A stretch of 50,407 nucleotides of DNA from Candidatus Dadabacteria bacterium (GTDB lineage: Bacteria > Desulfobacterota_D > UBA1144 > Nemesobacterales > UBA2774): contig JAGVLR010000186.1 of assembly GCA_020054175.1 (NCBI GenBank), positions 1-50,407 on the forward strand, written 5' to 3'. This document shows positions 47,974 to 50,407 of the stretch, in pieces (within the stretch, counting starts at the first letter, position 1; each line of letters starts with the position of its first letter). Both the position numbers and the translations under genes were made by a program. The notes beneath the pieces were generated by a model that was not told the origin of the DNA, ran no database searches, and was given only the letters and a program-made list of their open reading frames with translations.

Positions 47974-48133
47974 TGAGTCCTCCGTTTAGAATTGAAGCAC
48001 TAATGCACTAAAAATTTTTAAGTACAGATATTTCCGAACGATGTCCGTATGCACCATCTTCATATATGTTGACGACATAATGTGATTATCTCTTTCTTGG
48101 CATTCCATTGTCATGATCATTCTCTGCCTCGCA

Positions 48134-48216
48134 ATGTTGTGATGTTAACACTATAACAATCTGTTGCGATGTTGTCAAGTTGTTATGTTGACATCCACAC
48201 AGAATATAATTACAAT
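48134..48216. promoter_or_regulatory. Back-to-back sigma70 promoters overlapped by TTGyxATGTT repeats
   Basis: Minus strand TTGACA(48178-73)-N17-TATAGT; plus strand TTGACA(48188-93)-N17-TACAAT. Confidence 0.7.
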
Positions 48217-48223
48217 ATTGGCT

Positions 48224-48400
48224 GTGGCAAGAGAGAAATCATCTCCCGAGAAGGATAAGGTAAAAATAGTAGGGTTCAGGCTCTTGGAGGACAAACATAA
48301 AGAGCTTCGCATCGCCGCGATCCGCGAGAGGACCAGCGTGAACGAGATTTTAAACCGCCTGGTCGATGAGTATCTAACCTCCCGCAAAGACCAGAGGTAA
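48224..48400 (+). CDS. Ribbon-helix-helix (Arc/CopG-like) DNA-binding protein
   Basis: IVGFRLLEDKHKELRIAAIRERTSVNEILNRLVDEYL; GTG 7 nt after the -10 box, probably leaderless. Confidence 0.7.
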   Translation: MAREKSSPEKDKVKIVGFRLLEDKHKELRIAAIRERTSVNEILNRLVDEYLTSRKDQR

Positions 48401-48445
48401 AATCGCCCCTTTTAAAAATCTCCGTGTGCTGATAGACTCCAAAAT

Positions 48446-49570
48446 ATGCGTCTGTTCAAAAGACCGAGCAAGCCCAAAAAGGGCCAGAAGCAATACTACT
48501 ACGCCCGTGTCAGGATCGACAGTAAAGACGTCTGGATAAGCTCGAAGTGCGAGGTCGGCAAAGTACTGAAGGCCGAGGCGCGGGACAAAATCCTCGTAGC
48601 CCTCACCCGGCGGAAAGAGAAGTACCCCAAGTCGAACGTCATTGAATTCAGGCAGCGAGACAGGGACGATGCACCACCTCCCGCCCACAAAATACCCTCA
48701 GTTGAATTCTCGGGCCATGCGCCAATACGCGAAGTCGCCGAGGAGTTCGTTAATCGCAGAAAGATTAATAACTTGAATAGTTGGAAGGAATACCTTTATC
48801 TCCTGAACAGATTTACAGATTTTGTTGGTCCAGAGACCTCAGTCCGTGTCATTGAGTTTGACACCATTGACAAGTTCAAAGAGATGATGAAAGAGTCAAA
48901 AAGAGACACGACAATCAACACTTACTTATCTTTCCTTCATAAATTCTTCGAGGACGTAAAACATGTATGGCATCTTCGGGAAGAATCGTCGGTCAATCCG
49001 GTGGCAGTTTCGGGCTGGATAACAATCAAGAAAGAGAACCAGGAAGAGCGGGTAATTTACAGTGACGAAGAGATATTGGCGCTCAGAGATGCTGCTCTGC
49101 CGCACTTTTTGCCATGGATAAACCTCGCTCTCAAAACGAGCGCTAGAGAGGTCGAGCTCTGGAAGTGTCACGAATCGCACGTGAGCCATGCAAACCAAAA
49201 TATATGGATCCCTCCATCCAAGACGCTCAGGGGCAGATATGTTGGACTTGGCCCCGACGGAATGGAGCAAATGGACAGACTACTCAAAGAAACCCCCGAT
49301 GGATACCCGCTGAGAAACAGAAATGGTGATCGGTATGGAAATCCGGGACTCGTCTCGACCATGTTTAAAAAGACGCGCGAACGCGCAGGGCTACAACGTG
49401 GCTCGTTTCATTGCTTGCGCCACACTGCAGCAACCAGAATGCTTCGGGCAGGCAAGTCTCTAGAAGAAGTGCAATACGTCCTTGGACACAAAAACATCCT
49501 GACTACCCGGATTTATATACACTCGACAGAAGAGGCCCAGAAGGCGGCACTGGCTCTCGATAATTTATAA
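48446..49570 (+). CDS. int: Tyrosine recombinase / phage integrase
   Basis: Catalytic R (TSAREVE), K (SKT), HCLRH, LGH, Y (TRIY). Confidence 0.95.
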   Translation: MRLFKRPSKPKKGQKQYYYARVRIDSKDVWISSKCEVGKVLKAEARDKILVALTRRKEKYPKSNVIEFRQRDRDDAPPPAHKIPSVEFSGHAPIREVAEEFVNRRKINNLNSWKEYLYLLNRFTDFVGPETSVRVIEFDTIDKFKEMMKESKRDTTINTYLSFLHKFFEDVKHVWHLREESSVNPVAVSGWITIKKENQEERVIYSDEEILALRDAALPHFLPWINLALKTSAREVELWKCHESHVSHANQNIWIPPSKTLRGRYVGLGPDGMEQMDRLLKETPDGYPLRNRNGDRYGNPGLVSTMFKKTRERAGLQRGSFHCLRHTAATRMLRAGKSLEEVQYVLGHKNILTTRIYIHSTEEAQKAALALDNL

Positions 49571-49718
49571 ATTTCTGTAGCAAAATTGTAGCAATCTGAT
49601 TTTTCTACGATTTCCACAGTAATTACTTCAACGTTTTAGGCCGGTTATGGTATATAAAAAATTCTAATGTATAATTTCTGGCCTGAAGCCCCAGGGACAA
49701 AAATAAGGAGACAGTTTC

Positions 49719-50407
49719 ATGAGCGTTGTAAACGTCGGCCTCATAGGCGCAGGCACAGTCGGATGCGGTGTTATAAAGGTCCTCGACCAGAATAAAGAGA
49801 TCATAAAAAAGAGGACCGGAATAACCCTTAACCTCAAGAAAATAGCCGACATAGACCCGGACAGGAAAAGGCCGGTCAGGATACCCAGGGGCAAAATAAT
49901 CCGCGACGCCGGGGAACTTATAAACGATCCCTCGATAGATATAATCATCGAGCTCATAGGCGGAACGACAATCGCCAAAGACCTTGTCCTCTCCGCGCTC
50001 AGGAAGAAAAAACACGTCGTCACCGCCAACAAGGCGCTCCTGGCTCATTATGGGAAAGAGATCTTCGGCACTGCCGCCGAAAACGGAGTCGAGGTAGGAT
50101 TCGAAGCCAGCGTGGGCGGCGGCATACCGATAATCAAATCCACCCAGGAGAGCTTCGCCGCCAACAACATAATCTCTATACACGGAATAATAAACGGCAC
50201 TTCGAACTACATACTTTCGAGAATGACAGACGAGGGCTCCGAATTCGGCGACGTCCTCAAGGAAGCCCAGGAGGAAGGCTACGCCGAGGCCGACCCGTCC
50301 TTCGACGTAGACGGCGTAGACGCCGCGCACAAGCTCTCGATCCTCATAATGCTCGCCTTCGGAAGGTTCATCGACTTCGGCAGGATTCACGTCGACGGCA
50401 TAAGGAA
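49719..50407 (+). CDS. hom: Homoserine dehydrogenase (host gene, truncated by the window end)
   Basis: Manual translation MSVVNVGLIGAGTVG..VVTANKAL..FEASVGGGIPII..GIINGTSNYIL..GYAEADPSFDVDGVDAAHKL; AAGGAG RBS. Confidence 0.97.
   Translation, partial: MSVVNVGLIGAGTVGCGVIKVLDQNKEIIKKRTGITLNLKKIADIDPDRKRPVRIPRGKIIRDAGELINDPSIDIIIELIGGTTIAKDLVLSALRKKKHVVTANKALLAHYGKEIFGTAAENGVEVGFEASVGGGIPIIKSTQESFAANNIISIHGIINGTSNYILSRMTDEGSEFGDVLKEAQEEGYAEADPSFDVDGVDAAHKLSILIMLAFGRFIDFGRIHVDGIR

Larger units (their letters stand above)
1..49600. mobile_element. Integrated temperate prophage (siphovirus-like); left end lies outside the window
   Basis: Colinear tail, head, terminase, replication, repressor and integrase modules, ending just before a host housekeeping gene (hom). 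Confidence 0.95.

Noticed and set aside
49623..50390. 255-aa minus-strand ORF, and similar long antisense ORFs such as 30..707, 8313..9140 and 46861..47826
   Set aside because: Shadow frames of well-supported genes on the opposite strand

Overview
Almost the whole window (1 to about 49.6 kb) is one integrated, long-tailed temperate prophage, mostly on the minus strand. Left to right it carries tail genes, tape measure, tail chaperones with a -1 frameshift, tail tube, head-tail genes, capsid, DUF2213 protease, minor head, portal and terminase. A long accessory/replication region follows (C5 methyltransferase, GH108 lysin, sigma-70 factor, replication initiator with iterons, Bet/RecT, HNH-like endonucleases), then a CI-like repressor with a moron cassette, a phage SbcCD pair and a tyrosine integrase. 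The host homoserine dehydrogenase gene ends the window. The most striking element lies just upstream of the small terminase (21.25-22.66 kb): a two-gene module encoding a RAMP/Cas7-like protein and an accessory protein, with three non-coding tracts of strict 5-nt period. Each unit is a near-constant G(A/G/C)C triplet plus a variable dinucleotide, and the longest tract is followed by a GNRA hairpin. This looks like a non-CRISPR RNA-guided system of the VIPR type. Other notable items: a duplicated structured leader in front of the portal and protease genes near a YezD/DUF2292-like gene, an in-frame TAA in the tape measure gene, a circularly permuted VRR-NUC protein, an alternative-frame ORF inside the methyltransferase, and signs of prophage decay. 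All family assignments come from motif recognition by eye; no database searches were run.
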